From assembly GCA_965116875.1 (NCBI GenBank), contig OZ220733.1, forward strand, positions 2,592,001-2,656,000: DNA of 64,000 nt, in the 5' to 3' direction. Of this stretch, positions 19,469-28,703 are shown in pieces; the stretch's first letter is position 1, and every line of letters starts with the position of its first letter. The notes beneath the pieces were generated by a model, which ran no database searches, was not told where the DNA came from, and saw only the letters and a list, made by a program, of their open reading frames with translations. A program made the translations under genes and the position numbers. This DNA comes from Candidatus Latescibacterota bacterium (GTDB lineage: Bacteria; Latescibacterota; UBA2968; GCA-2709665).

Positions 19469-20011
19469 CTATGTGGCCCTGTAGAACAGCCTGAGCGTGT
19501 TTTCGTTTCCAAACAGAATATCCAGAAGCGCCTGTATCTCCGGGTCGATCTCGTCCTGACCTCCAAACTGGCTGATCAGGTTCAGGTATCGCTCCTTGTT
19601 CAGGATGAGCGTCAGGTCGCCGCCGTCCACATCGTACTGGCATTGAATGGTAAACCCGTCCTCGGCCACGATCGTGAGCACGTCGTCCTGAACGGACCAG
19701 ACGCCGGAACTGCCGGAATTGTCTTCGAAGGTCCCGTCCGCGTTGAACCGCAGGACGGAAAACCCGGTATCTCGGAAACCCGCTTCCATCTCGTTCCGGA
19801 ATCCGTCCACCATCCGCTGTGCGGACGCCAGGTTCCAGCCCTGGCCCATCAGATAATCGCGGAGGTTGGCCGCTGCCGTGGAGCCGAAATCGGTGCCCCG
19901 GTATGCCCACGAACCGACAAGACCGCGGACAGGCTCCGTGGGTTTGTCTTCCCCGCAGGATATCACAAAGCCGATCAACACCGCCAGGCCGGAAGCCAAT
20001 GACACCCTCAT
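19469..20011 (-). CDS. Lipoprotein (lipocalin-like), paralog 2
   Basis: Lipobox VISC and 'LVGSW' motif. Probable start ATG 20011. Confidence 0.65.
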   Translation of the reverse strand: MRVSLASGLAVLIGFVISCGEDKPTEPVRGLVGSWAYRGTDFGSTAAANLRDYLMGQGWNLASAQRMVDGFRNEMEAGFRDTGFSVLRFNADGTFEDNSGSSGVWSVQDDVLTIVAEDGFTIQCQYDVDGGDLTLILNKERYLNLISQFGGQDEIDPEIQALLDILFGNENTLRLFYRAT

Positions 20012-20054
20012 CCGGACGCCCTCCGTCTGTGTTGCAGGCCCGGCTTCGATCCCG

Positions 20055-20597
20055 CTATCTGGCCCGATAGAAGAGTCGCAAAGAGTCGCCGTCGCCAAAG
20101 AGGATATCGAGAAGGGCCAGTGTATCCGTGTCCAGCTCAGTCGCGCCCTCCGTCTGCCTGATGACGTTCAGATAGCGCTCCTTGGTCAGGACAAGCGTCA
20201 GGTCTTCGCCGTCGATAAAGTACTGGCATTGAATGGTAAACCCGTCTTCCTCCACCATCGTGAGCACGTCGCCCAGGACCGACCACACGCCCGAGTTGCC
20301 GGAATTGTCTTCGTAGGTCCTGTCCTCATTGAATCGCACGATTTCCAGGCCGGTTTCACGGAAGCCTCTATCCATCTCGTTCCGGAATTCCGAGACGAAC
20401 TGTTGCGCGGCCGCTGCGTCCACCCCCTGACTCAGCAGGTAATTCTGCAGGTTCGTCGCCGCCGTCGAACTGAAATCGGTTCCCTGATACGTCCATGATC
20501 CTACAAGATCCTGACCCGGCGCCGTTGGTTTATCGTCGCCACACGACAGCACGAAACCAATCAGGACCGCCAAGCCGAAAGTCTGTGTCCGTCCCAA
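20055..20597 (-). CDS. Lipoprotein (lipocalin-like), paralog 1
   Basis: TTG start after AAGGAGGA, lipobox VLSC, full-length similarity to 19469-20011. Confidence 0.7.
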   Translation of the reverse strand: MGRTQTFGLAVLIGFVLSCGDDKPTAPGQDLVGSWTYQGTDFSSTAATNLQNYLLSQGVDAAAAQQFVSEFRNEMDRGFRETGLEIVRFNEDRTYEDNSGNSGVWSVLGDVLTMVEEDGFTIQCQYFIDGEDLTLVLTKERYLNVIRQTEGATELDTDTLALLDILFGDGDSLRLFYRAR

Positions 20598-20690
20598 GAA
20601 AATCCTCCTTTGTGATTGTGTGACCGACGTTGCACGACACGATGGATTTGCGCTTCGCCGGAGAATGAGAGGCGTGTTCGATTGACGTGA

Positions 20691-22325
20691 TCAGAAAAGC
20701 GAGAACTCAATCTCCTTCGCTGTAATGAACTCCAGCAGCGCCGGAACGCCTTCTTCCGTCTTCCTGATTCCCCGCTCGATTGCCGGCACGATATCGTCCG
20801 GCGATTCCACGCGTTCTCCGTAGCCTCCGAATGCCTTCGCCATGTCCGCGTAATGCCCGGAAATATCCGTGCTGCGGTATTTTTCCGTGGACACCGGCAT
20901 GATCGGAAGCTCGATTGCCATGCTGAAGTTGTTGAACAGCACCGACAGAATCGGGATCCGCTCCCGAACGGCCGTCTCGAAGTCCATACCCGTAAAACCG
21001 ATGGCGGCATCGCCCCATACGTTGATGCACAGCTTGTCCGGCCGGGCCAGTTTGGCGCCCATGGCCAGGCCGAGTCCGTAACCGAGCTGGGTGGTCTTTC
21101 CCCATCCGATGTAGGAAAGTGGCGTATGGGACTCCCAGAAGGGCGAAAGCTGGTCCCTCGGGCTGCCCGCGTCGTGGGTAATGATCGTATTGGGCACGTC
21201 CACCGTCTGCATCAGGTCCCGGATTACCCGATACGGCGAGAGAGGCGCCTCGTTCAGCGTCAGCTTCGGCATCCACTGAGAGAGCCATTCGCGCTTCACG
21301 GATGCAATCTCCCTTGCCACCTGTTCCGCCCGGCCGCGCGCCCGTCCGTTCAGCCGCGCCCGAACTTCCTCTCCAAGCGCCTCGAGGGTGAGTTTCGCGT
21401 CGCCCGCCAGGGCGTGTTCGACTTCCACGTCCTTGTTGATATCCTCCGTGTCCAGCGTGGCGTGAACCACGCGTTTCCCCTCCGGAATGGGCACCCCGAA
21501 ATTGGTACGCGTAAAACTGCATCCGATTCCAAAGACCAGGTCTGCCTCTTGAAGGAAGTGGTGCACGGTTCCGGGGATGGACCTGCCGCCGGAGCCCAGG
21601 GACAGCCCGTGGTTCTCCGGAAAGGCGCTTTTCCCGCCCAGGCTCGTGGTGACGGGCGCTTCGAGGAGTTCCGCGAGGTCCCGCAGGGCATCCCACGCCT
21701 CGGCATAGTGCACGCCCTGTCCTGCGTAGATGACGGGCCGCCGGGCTTCCAGCAGCATTGTCGCCGCCTTCTCGACCTCGCGCGGGTCCGGACCGGATTT
21801 CAACGAAGGCACGGGCCGGTAGTTGAAGGGCTCTGCAATCTCCTCGTCGAAGACGTCGCCCGGAAATTCCACCAGCACCGGACGCGGGCGACCGTTGCGC
21901 ACCTGCGTAAATGCGCGGCGCATCACCTCGGGCACGGTTTCCGAAAGGATGACCTGCTCGGAGTGCTTGGTCACGTGCCGGTAGTTCAGCGCCGAGTTGA
22001 AATTCGGCTGCACGTTCGTCAGCATTCGGGAATAACCCAGAGGCAGCACAAGGATCGGCGCCGAGTCTCCGAATGCCTGGGCGACGCCGCCGAAGGCGTT
22101 CTCCGATCCGGGGCCGCTCTGCATGCAGAAGACACCAATCTGCCTGCCTGACGTCATTCGGCTCAGCGCGTCGGCCATATGCAGGCCAATGCGCTCCTGG
22201 CGGACGAGAATGGGCCGGATATCCACCTTGGCCGCGGCCTCAATGAGAGGATTCACAGGATAGGCGAACAGGTACTCCACGCCCTCGGCCTTTAATACAT
22301 GGGCTACCGCATCTGCTACGTTCAT
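20691..22325 (-). CDS. Thiamine pyrophosphate-requiring enzyme (acetolactate synthase large-subunit-like family)
   Basis: 'RQERIGLHMADA', 'SGPG' and TPP motif 'WGDAAIGF...FNN'. Confidence 0.85.
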   Translation of the reverse strand: MNVADAVAHVLKAEGVEYLFAYPVNPLIEAAAKVDIRPILVRQERIGLHMADALSRMTSGRQIGVFCMQSGPGSENAFGGVAQAFGDSAPILVLPLGYSRMLTNVQPNFNSALNYRHVTKHSEQVILSETVPEVMRRAFTQVRNGRPRPVLVEFPGDVFDEEIAEPFNYRPVPSLKSGPDPREVEKAATMLLEARRPVIYAGQGVHYAEAWDALRDLAELLEAPVTTSLGGKSAFPENHGLSLGSGGRSIPGTVHHFLQEADLVFGIGCSFTRTNFGVPIPEGKRVVHATLDTEDINKDVEVEHALAGDAKLTLEALGEEVRARLNGRARGRAEQVAREIASVKREWLSQWMPKLTLNEAPLSPYRVIRDLMQTVDVPNTIITHDAGSPRDQLSPFWESHTPLSYIGWGKTTQLGYGLGLAMGAKLARPDKLCINVWGDAAIGFTGMDFETAVRERIPILSVLFNNFSMAIELPIMPVSTEKYRSTDISGHYADMAKAFGGYGERVESPDDIVPAIERGIRKTEEGVPALLEFITAKEIEFSLF

Positions 22326-22403
22326 ATGAATCTCCTCATTGTTGCATTTATTGACGATAGAACCGGTACTATTTTCTTTATCTTTTTCTCTTAAGAATAG
22401 GGT

Positions 22404-22440
22404 AGAAGGAAGAAGGAAGAAGGAAGAAGGAAGAAGGAAG
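22404..22440 (+). repeat. Heptamer tandem repeat (AGAAGGA)x5
   Basis: Directly visible in the sequence. Confidence 0.9.
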
Positions 22441-22478
22441 AGATCGCCTGCCTTTAATGTTCCAACTCAGGCCCCTGG

Positions 22479-22639
22479 TGTCCTGTCCCAAAAATTCCTC
22501 ACCATTCGGCCGCCGATTCATCCCGTCTCGCTACGTTCCCCTCGCTCGCCGACCATACCCAGGTCGCCTGCGCTCCGGCGCCTTGCGAGACGGGCGACTC
22601 AGCGACCGAATTCAGGCAACTGATTTCCGGGACAGAACA
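22479..22639. mobile_element. MITE-like element 1 (161 bp) with CTGG target duplication
   Basis: Terminal inverted repeats TGTCCTGTCCCaaAAAT / ATTTccGGGACAGAACA, CTGG on both sides (22475-78, 22640-43), and a long internal hairpin. Confidence 0.65.
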
Positions 22640-22723
22640 CTGGCAAACCGGAGGAACCTACAGGGCGAGGATTTCTTCTACCGTCTACCGTCTCACGTCT
22701 TCCCGCTGTTCCGGAAACGAGTA

Positions 22724-24121
22724 TTATGGGATCTCTCCTCGAAACGCGTGAGTGCCGTCCTCCCACGCCCCGCCGACCGGCCGCAGCTGGCCGCCGCCCG
22801 TGACGCTCCGCTTGCGGCCGTCTTTCTCCGGGTCCGCATAGGTCGCGAACCAGTCTTCCATCATCGCCCGCATCGACGTCATCCGTGAGGTCTGTGCGGC
22901 GTCGTTCGCCAGATTCTCGCGTTCTTCCGGATCGTTCATCAGGTCGTAGAGTTCGTTGGGACCTTCCGGATAGCGGTGAATATACTTCCAGTCCGCCGTC
23001 CGGACCATCCTGGTTGGTCCGTATTCGTCGTAGACCACCACGGATTCCCGCCTGGAGTCTCCGCGGCCGAGCAGTGCCGGCAGGAAACTTTCGCCCGGCC
23101 GATTCCCTCCCTCGGGAACCGGCAGGTCCAGGTAGTCCAGTAGCGTGGGCATGAAGTCATACGCGCTCACCATCGCGGGCTGCACGAGTCCAGCCGGGAT
23201 TCGTCCCGGATGGCTCATCACGGCCGGCACCTTGACGGAATTCTCGTACATGTTCAGGGGGCGCGTACCGTTCCCCTTGCCCCAGAACCCGTGGTGACCG
23301 CAGCTGAACCCGTTATCGGATACGAAGACAACCAGCGTCTCGTTCCGTATCCCATGCGACTCCAGCCTGTCCAGGATCCGTCCCACGTCGGCATCCATTG
23401 CCGTCACCGCGGCGAAATACCCCTTCAACATTTCCCGGTTGCCCAGGCATTGGTCCGTCAGGCCGATGGCCCAGGGATGCCGGGGTTCCTGCGGGCAGGA
23501 ATCGAACGCGCAATCGTTGTAGGAATCCACGACGTCCTGCGGATGCCCGGTCCACGGACTGTGCGGCGCCGTGTAATGAACGCTCAGGTAGAACGGATCG
23601 TCATCGTTTGCGTGCCGGTCGATAAAGGCGAGCGCGTCGTCCGTAATCACGTGGGTCACGTAACCCGGCGCATCGATCCGTTCGCCGTTTTTCACCATCG
23701 GCGCATCGTTGTACCTGCCGCCGCCTCTTTGATGTACGAACCAGTGTCCGAATCCATGCTGAGATACCTGGCTGTTGCCCAGATGCCACTTGCCGCTGAT
23801 CCCGCAGTTCCAACCGTGTTCCGCCAGCACGTCCGTGTACGTTACCTCTCCCGCAAGGTACGAGGCCGCATCCGATCCCACGTTTCCGTCTCTGATCCAA
23901 TCGTGCACGCCGTGCTGGGAGGCGATGCGGCCCGTCAGAAACGTCGCGCGGCTTGGGGAACAGACCGGCGTCGCCACGAAGAAATTCTCGAACCGAACGC
24001 CCGTGTTCGCGATCCGGTCGATATTGGGGGTACGGATCTCGGGATTGCCGTAGCACCCCGCCGCCCAGACGCCCTGGTCGTCGGTGAGAATAAACACTAC
24101 GTTCGTTCTGCGGGAAACCAC
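22724..24121 (-). CDS. Sulfatase (Cys-type, formylglycine-dependent)
   Basis: 'ILTDDQG', CSPSR signature, 'GKWHLG', 'SDNG'. No signal peptide. Confidence 0.9.
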   Translation of the reverse strand: MVSRRTNVVFILTDDQGVWAAGCYGNPEIRTPNIDRIANTGVRFENFFVATPVCSPSRATFLTGRIASQHGVHDWIRDGNVGSDAASYLAGEVTYTDVLAEHGWNCGISGKWHLGNSQVSQHGFGHWFVHQRGGGRYNDAPMVKNGERIDAPGYVTHVITDDALAFIDRHANDDDPFYLSVHYTAPHSPWTGHPQDVVDSYNDCAFDSCPQEPRHPWAIGLTDQCLGNREMLKGYFAAVTAMDADVGRILDRLESHGIRNETLVVFVSDNGFSCGHHGFWGKGNGTRPLNMYENSVKVPAVMSHPGRIPAGLVQPAMVSAYDFMPTLLDYLDLPVPEGGNRPGESFLPALLGRGDSRRESVVVYDEYGPTRMVRTADWKYIHRYPEGPNELYDLMNDPEERENLANDAAQTSRMTSMRAMMEDWFATYADPEKDGRKRSVTGGGQLRPVGGAWEDGTHAFRGEIP

Positions 24122-24361
24122 GATCCGTTCCCTTTCTCAAATCCTGCAGACCGCCCTGGCAACGCCGAAAAAAAGCGCGGATTCAGACCGAAATCGAGAT
24201 TCCGCAATCTAATGCGACCGTCTTCAAAAATCAACGTCTATGGCCTGCGACCCCCGCGTCATTTGTCCTTGCCTTCCGCCGGTGAAGGGCGGTATTCTAC
24301 AAAGACTGGGAGACGGGAGAGGGGAGACGTGAACGGAGCGGGCGCAAGTCGGAGGAAGACA

Positions 24362-25273
24362 ATGGAGTTCTCATGTCTTGACCACTGCATGACGGACGAA
24401 CAGCGGGACCACTTCGACCAGCAGGGTTTTCTGATCGTCGAGAACGCGCTGGATCCGGAAATGCTGGAACGTCTGCTGGACGCCGCTGACCGCGTGGATG
24501 CGCGCGAACGGGAAAAACAGGGGCTCGGTCCTGGGAAGCTCATGTCGAAATTCAGAACCATCGTTGAAGACAACGCGTTCCTGGACCTGCTGGACGTGCC
24601 GAAGACATTCCCGCTCATCTGGGACATTCTGGGCTGGAACGTCCAGCACTATATTTCCCACCTGATCTATTACCCGCCCGAGCCCGGGGATACGGTCCAG
24701 GCGAAGACGGGCGGCTGGCATCAGGACGGCGGCCGACCCGTACCGGAGATGGAGCGTCCGCATCCACGGCTGTCGCTGAAGGTCGCATTCTGGCTCTCCG
24801 ACACGAGCGCGCCGAACCGGGGCGGGATTCGCATCGTTCCGAGCAGCCACAAGCGCGACATTCCGCCGGAACGCTGGCCGGAAAGCGGAAACGGGTCCCC
24901 CGAAGCGTCAGGGTTCGAAGACATGATGCAGGTCCGGGTCAAGGCCGGAACCGCGGTCCTCTTCGACCGGCGTCTATGGCATGCACGGGGGCTGAATACC
25001 TCCGAAGTCACTCGAAAAGTGTTGTTTCTGGGCTACAGCTATCGCTGGCTCAGAGGATTGGACTATAACCTGATCCCGGACGAAATCCTCGAAAGATGCG
25101 ATCCGGTTCGACGCCAGCTTCTGGGTGACGGCGTGGACGTCAAGGGATGGTGGCAGCCGACGGATGAGGACGTACCCCTGAAGGGGTGGCTTTTGAAGCA
25201 CAAGGGTGAGTCCTACGTGGAACGGATCGGACAAAAGCAATGGGAACGGGAAAAATGGGCGGCTGTGTCCTGA
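24362..25273 (+). CDS. Phytanoyl-CoA dioxygenase (PhyH) family Fe(II)/2OG oxygenase
   Basis: RBS GGAGG before ATG 24362. 'WHQD', 'VPSSH', 'RLWH'. Confidence 0.85.
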   Translation: MEFSCLDHCMTDEQRDHFDQQGFLIVENALDPEMLERLLDAADRVDAREREKQGLGPGKLMSKFRTIVEDNAFLDLLDVPKTFPLIWDILGWNVQHYISHLIYYPPEPGDTVQAKTGGWHQDGGRPVPEMERPHPRLSLKVAFWLSDTSAPNRGGIRIVPSSHKRDIPPERWPESGNGSPEASGFEDMMQVRVKAGTAVLFDRRLWHARGLNTSEVTRKVLFLGYSYRWLRGLDYNLIPDEILERCDPVRRQLLGDGVDVKGWWQPTDEDVPLKGWLLKHKGESYVERIGQKQWEREKWAAVS

Positions 25274-25304
25274 TTCCCGTCCCGAGTTTCAAGGAGGAAG
25301 CGTG

Positions 25305-27083
25305 ATGGACCGCGAATCCATGAGCCACGAAGAGAATTACTGCTTCGACGTCGGAGGATACCTCATTGTCAGAGGCGTCCTTGGCAGGGGCGAGGTGGCC
25401 GCCCTGAATTCGGCGATCGATACGCACGGTAGGACAGAGGGCATGCTGGGATGGCCGCAACCCCTGCGCGAACCCTTCCGCGACCTGCTGGTCCATCCGC
25501 AACTCGTCTGGTACCTGAACCAGATTGTCGGCCAGGGCTTCCGCCTGGAAACAGAACCGGAGTTGCTTCACGAGGAGACATGCGAGACGGACGCGCCCCT
25601 TGAAGGCGGGAACGAACCGCGCGACCCCACCCGCGCCTATTCCTATCAGAACGGTCGCCGTTTCAGCGAAACGGTCCGCGCGGTATGGGCCCTGGCGGAC
25701 GCGAAGGCCGGTGCGGGCGGTTTTGTTATCGTGCCTTGCTCTCACAAATCCAACGTGGAGACCCCGGACGACGTACTCACCGGCCAGGACGATATGGGGC
25801 TCACGGTGCAGCCGGCGCTCAGGGCGGGCGACCTGCTTCTCGTCGCCGGCGCCCTGCTGCAGGGCATGCGGCCGTGGAAGGGAAGCGGCCCCCAGCGCCT
25901 GCTCTCGTACGAGTACGCGGGCCGGGGGGTCATCCGGTCCAGGGGAAGCGGGCACAGGACAGAGGAAGAACCCAGGCCCGAGTGGATGTCAGCCATTTCG
26001 GCCGAACAGAGGGCCGCCCTCTGGCGACCCGGCTACGAGAGCACGTCGCCGCCGCCCACCATCCGCACGGACGGTGAGACGACGCGCCTGGACGAGTCCC
26101 GGGAAGTTTACCATCCGTCCATCTTAATCAAAAATCCCGACTCCGGCATCGACGAAAAGGAATTCTATTTCTGGGACCTCTGCGGCCACCTCGTCTTGCG
26201 GAACGTGATGGATGACGCATGGCTGGAAGCCGCCAACGCCGCCATCGACCGCTTTGAGGACCGGATCGAAGTGGGCGATGAACTCGCCCGTGGATCGAAA
26301 GCGCTCGCCGGGACCGGCCGTCCGCTGCTGCCCGGCCTGTTTCGGCTTCCGGAGCCCTACTGCAACCCCTTCCGGCGCATGATCGCCCACTCGGTTGTGG
26401 AGCACCGCCTCAACTGGATGGGGGCCAGCGGCGTCCGGCTGGGCGATGCCACGGCCTTCTGTTCCGTCAAGGGCGGTTCCGGCCACTCGCTGCACGATGC
26501 GAACGAACCGCTAAATCCCGGCCGCGGCTACGTCTACCAGAACGGCCGCAGCTATTGCGAGGCCGTGACGGTGAGCTGGCAGTTGCGGGACGTGCCCGCG
26601 GGCATGGGCGGGTTCGCCTGTGTGCCGGGCAGCCATAAGGCCCAGTACCGCGTTCCCCCGGGCGTGCGTTCCTGCGATGACCACATGGGCCTGGTCGTTC
26701 AGCCGGAAATGAAGGCCGGCGACGTGCTCTTCTTTATGGACGGCGGTCAGACCCACGGCGCGCTGGCGTGGAAGAACGAGATCGCCCGCCGTGCGGTCCT
26801 GATCAAATACTCCTCCCGCAACTTCAACCGCAGTGGGGGCGAGATGGTGCATCCGGAGAACCGATGGGGTGGGCTTGTCGACGATATGACCGACGCCCAA
26901 CTGGCCGTGATGCGCGGGCCGGACCGGGACGTCTTCAATCAGAACGTCCCGAGGCTGGAAGTCAGCGACGGGCAGGTTTCGGTGTCGTACGAGCGGGGCG
27001 GCGCCCTATACAGCAAGGAAGCCCCAGCCGGGCCGCTCACCTCGAAGGACAGCAGCACAACCGAACATCGTAAAGGGAACTGA
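25305..27083 (+). CDS. Tandem two-domain PhyH-family protein
   Basis: Two homologous halves ('FD..GYLIVRGV'/'WDLCGHLVLRNV', 'VPCSHK'/'VPGSHK'). RBS AAGGAGG. Confidence 0.8.
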   Translation: MDRESMSHEENYCFDVGGYLIVRGVLGRGEVAALNSAIDTHGRTEGMLGWPQPLREPFRDLLVHPQLVWYLNQIVGQGFRLETEPELLHEETCETDAPLEGGNEPRDPTRAYSYQNGRRFSETVRAVWALADAKAGAGGFVIVPCSHKSNVETPDDVLTGQDDMGLTVQPALRAGDLLLVAGALLQGMRPWKGSGPQRLLSYEYAGRGVIRSRGSGHRTEEEPRPEWMSAISAEQRAALWRPGYESTSPPPTIRTDGETTRLDESREVYHPSILIKNPDSGIDEKEFYFWDLCGHLVLRNVMDDAWLEAANAAIDRFEDRIEVGDELARGSKALAGTGRPLLPGLFRLPEPYCNPFRRMIAHSVVEHRLNWMGASGVRLGDATAFCSVKGGSGHSLHDANEPLNPGRGYVYQNGRSYCEAVTVSWQLRDVPAGMGGFACVPGSHKAQYRVPPGVRSCDDHMGLVVQPEMKAGDVLFFMDGGQTHGALAWKNEIARRAVLIKYSSRNFNRSGGEMVHPENRWGGLVDDMTDAQLAVMRGPDRDVFNQNVPRLEVSDGQVSVSYERGGALYSKEAPAGPLTSKDSSTTEHRKGN

Positions 27084-27760
27084 TGTCAACCGGTCTCACC
27101 ACCATATTCTTCGATGGGTACGAGACGCTGTTCGCTGGCGCCATGGATAAACTGCACGCCATGTGCGGCCGCATCGTCCGTGAGCAGGAACTGGACATGT
27201 CAGGGATGGATTTCTTCAACACGTGGGACCTGGCGTTTTTTCCGCTCCTCCGGGGCGAGACGTTTTACACCATGCGCCAGGCGCATCTCATCAGCCTCGA
27301 ACGGACGCTTGAGAAACTGGACAGACGCGTTTCCTTCGAACATTACGTCGACGGCCTGTTCGATGTTTTCGCCGACGCGCCTGTCTATGAAGACGTCAAA
27401 CCCGCGCTGGCCGGGATCGAGTCCTGTCGGACAGGCGTGATATCCAATGCGGACGAGGACCATCTGAACATCGCCCTCAGGAAAAACAAGCTGTCCTTTC
27501 CGGTGGTCGTCAGTTCGGAATCCGCCCGCGCCTACAAACCGGCGCCGGAGATCTTCCGTGAAGCCCTGCGCCTGATCGGCAGCCGTCCGGATGAGACCCT
27601 CTACGTTGGAGATTCCCAGGACGACGACATCGTCGGCTCGCGGCGGGCCGGCATCAGGATCGCCTGGCTGAACCGCACGGGCGAGACGCTCAAGCCGAAC
27701 GTCCCGAAACCGGACTTCGAAATATCCAGCCTCCAGGAGGTTGTCAAACTCGCGTCGTAG
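27083..27760 (+). CDS. HAD-family hydrolase (haloacid dehalogenase type II-like)
   Basis: 'FFDGYETL', 'ISN', 'YKP', 'YVGDS..DD'. Start overlaps the upstream stop. Confidence 0.85.
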   Translation: MSTGLTTIFFDGYETLFAGAMDKLHAMCGRIVREQELDMSGMDFFNTWDLAFFPLLRGETFYTMRQAHLISLERTLEKLDRRVSFEHYVDGLFDVFADAPVYEDVKPALAGIESCRTGVISNADEDHLNIALRKNKLSFPVVVSSESARAYKPAPEIFREALRLIGSRPDETLYVGDSQDDDIVGSRRAGIRIAWLNRTGETLKPNVPKPDFEISSLQEVVKLAS

Positions 27761-27820
27761 GTCAGGTCATCCCCAATTGGGTTCCGGATGGTTCGCGTAC
27801 CGGACCGGCCGTCGACCAGA

Positions 27821-27868
27821 CAAAAAACAGCCTGCAATACGCTTCCTCGGAAGACGCATTGCAGGCTG
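27821..27868 (-). terminator. Intrinsic terminator between convergent genes
   Basis: Stem cagcctgcaat...attgcaggctg adjacent to an A6 run (U-tract on the minus strand). Confidence 0.65.
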
Positions 27869-27893
27869 ACAGGCTTCAAAGCCCGGAGACGGG

Positions 27894-28529
27894 CTATTTG
27901 TTTGGCTGCGGTGTGTACCTCAGGTAGGGCTTGATGGTTGTAAACCCCCTGGGAAATTTCTCGGTTGCCTCTTCGTCGGTCACCGCGGGAACGATGATGC
28001 AGTCCTCGCCGTCCTCCCAGTTGACAGGCGTTGCCACCTGGTGGTAGGCCGTGAGCTGAAGTGAGTCGATCACCCGCAGGATCTCGGCGAAATTTCGCCC
28101 GGTGGAAGCCGGATAGGTCAATGTCAGCTTGACCTTCTTGTCCGGCCCGATCACGAAAACGGACCTGACCGTGGCCTTGTCGTCCTCGTTCGGATGGATC
28201 ATGTCGTACATGCTGGCCACCGATTTGTCCGGGTCTGCAATCAGCGGAAAGTTCATCGTGGTGTTCTGGGTCTCGTTGATGTCGCTGACCCAGCCGTGAT
28301 GTGAGTCCAGTGGGTCCACGCTCACCCCGATTACCTTTACGTTCCGCTTTTCAAACTCCCCCTTCAGCTTGGCGACCAGGCCCAGTTCGGTGGTACAGAC
28401 CGGCGTAAAATCGGCGGGATGCGAGAACAGGATGCCCCAGCCGTCTCCCAGCCATTCGTGGAATCGGACCGTGCCTTCGGTTGTCTCGGCCGTAAAATCA
28501 GGCGCGTCGTCCCCCAGCCGCAGTGGCAT
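27894..28529 (-). CDS. 1-Cys peroxiredoxin (Prx6 family)
   Basis: 'FSHPADFTPVCTTE' and 'YPASTGRNF' motifs. Confidence 0.95.
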   Translation of the reverse strand: MPLRLGDDAPDFTAETTEGTVRFHEWLGDGWGILFSHPADFTPVCTTELGLVAKLKGEFEKRNVKVIGVSVDPLDSHHGWVSDINETQNTTMNFPLIADPDKSVASMYDMIHPNEDDKATVRSVFVIGPDKKVKLTLTYPASTGRNFAEILRVIDSLQLTAYHQVATPVNWEDGEDCIIVPAVTDEEATEKFPRGFTTIKPYLRYTPQPNK

Positions 28530-28703
28530 GGCAAACCTCCTTATTCTTGTGATACGTCGGGATGTTTCGGTTCGCCTGGAGTATTCCGGTTACCGAAACC
28601 CTTCCAACGCGTTTTCAGATGCCGCAACCTGCATCGAATAGGACCATAAGGAAAGGAACTGGAATATCGATGTCAAGGGATTTATTCGAAATGAGGCGCA
28701 TCA

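Noticed and set aside
24165-24235. Attenuator or riboswitch in the sulfatase leader (hairpin + U7 on the minus strand)
   Set aside because: The stem is short and mismatched, with no recognisable aptamer or leader peptide.
23210-24361. N-terminal 384 aa of the 687-aa ORF 23210-25273
   Set aside because: This is mostly the antisense shadow of the sulfatase. The real PhyH gene starts at ATG 24362 with an RBS.
28530-28703. Glycine riboswitch upstream of the GcvT-family gene
   Set aside because: No recognisable aptamer consensus in this short divergent intergenic region.
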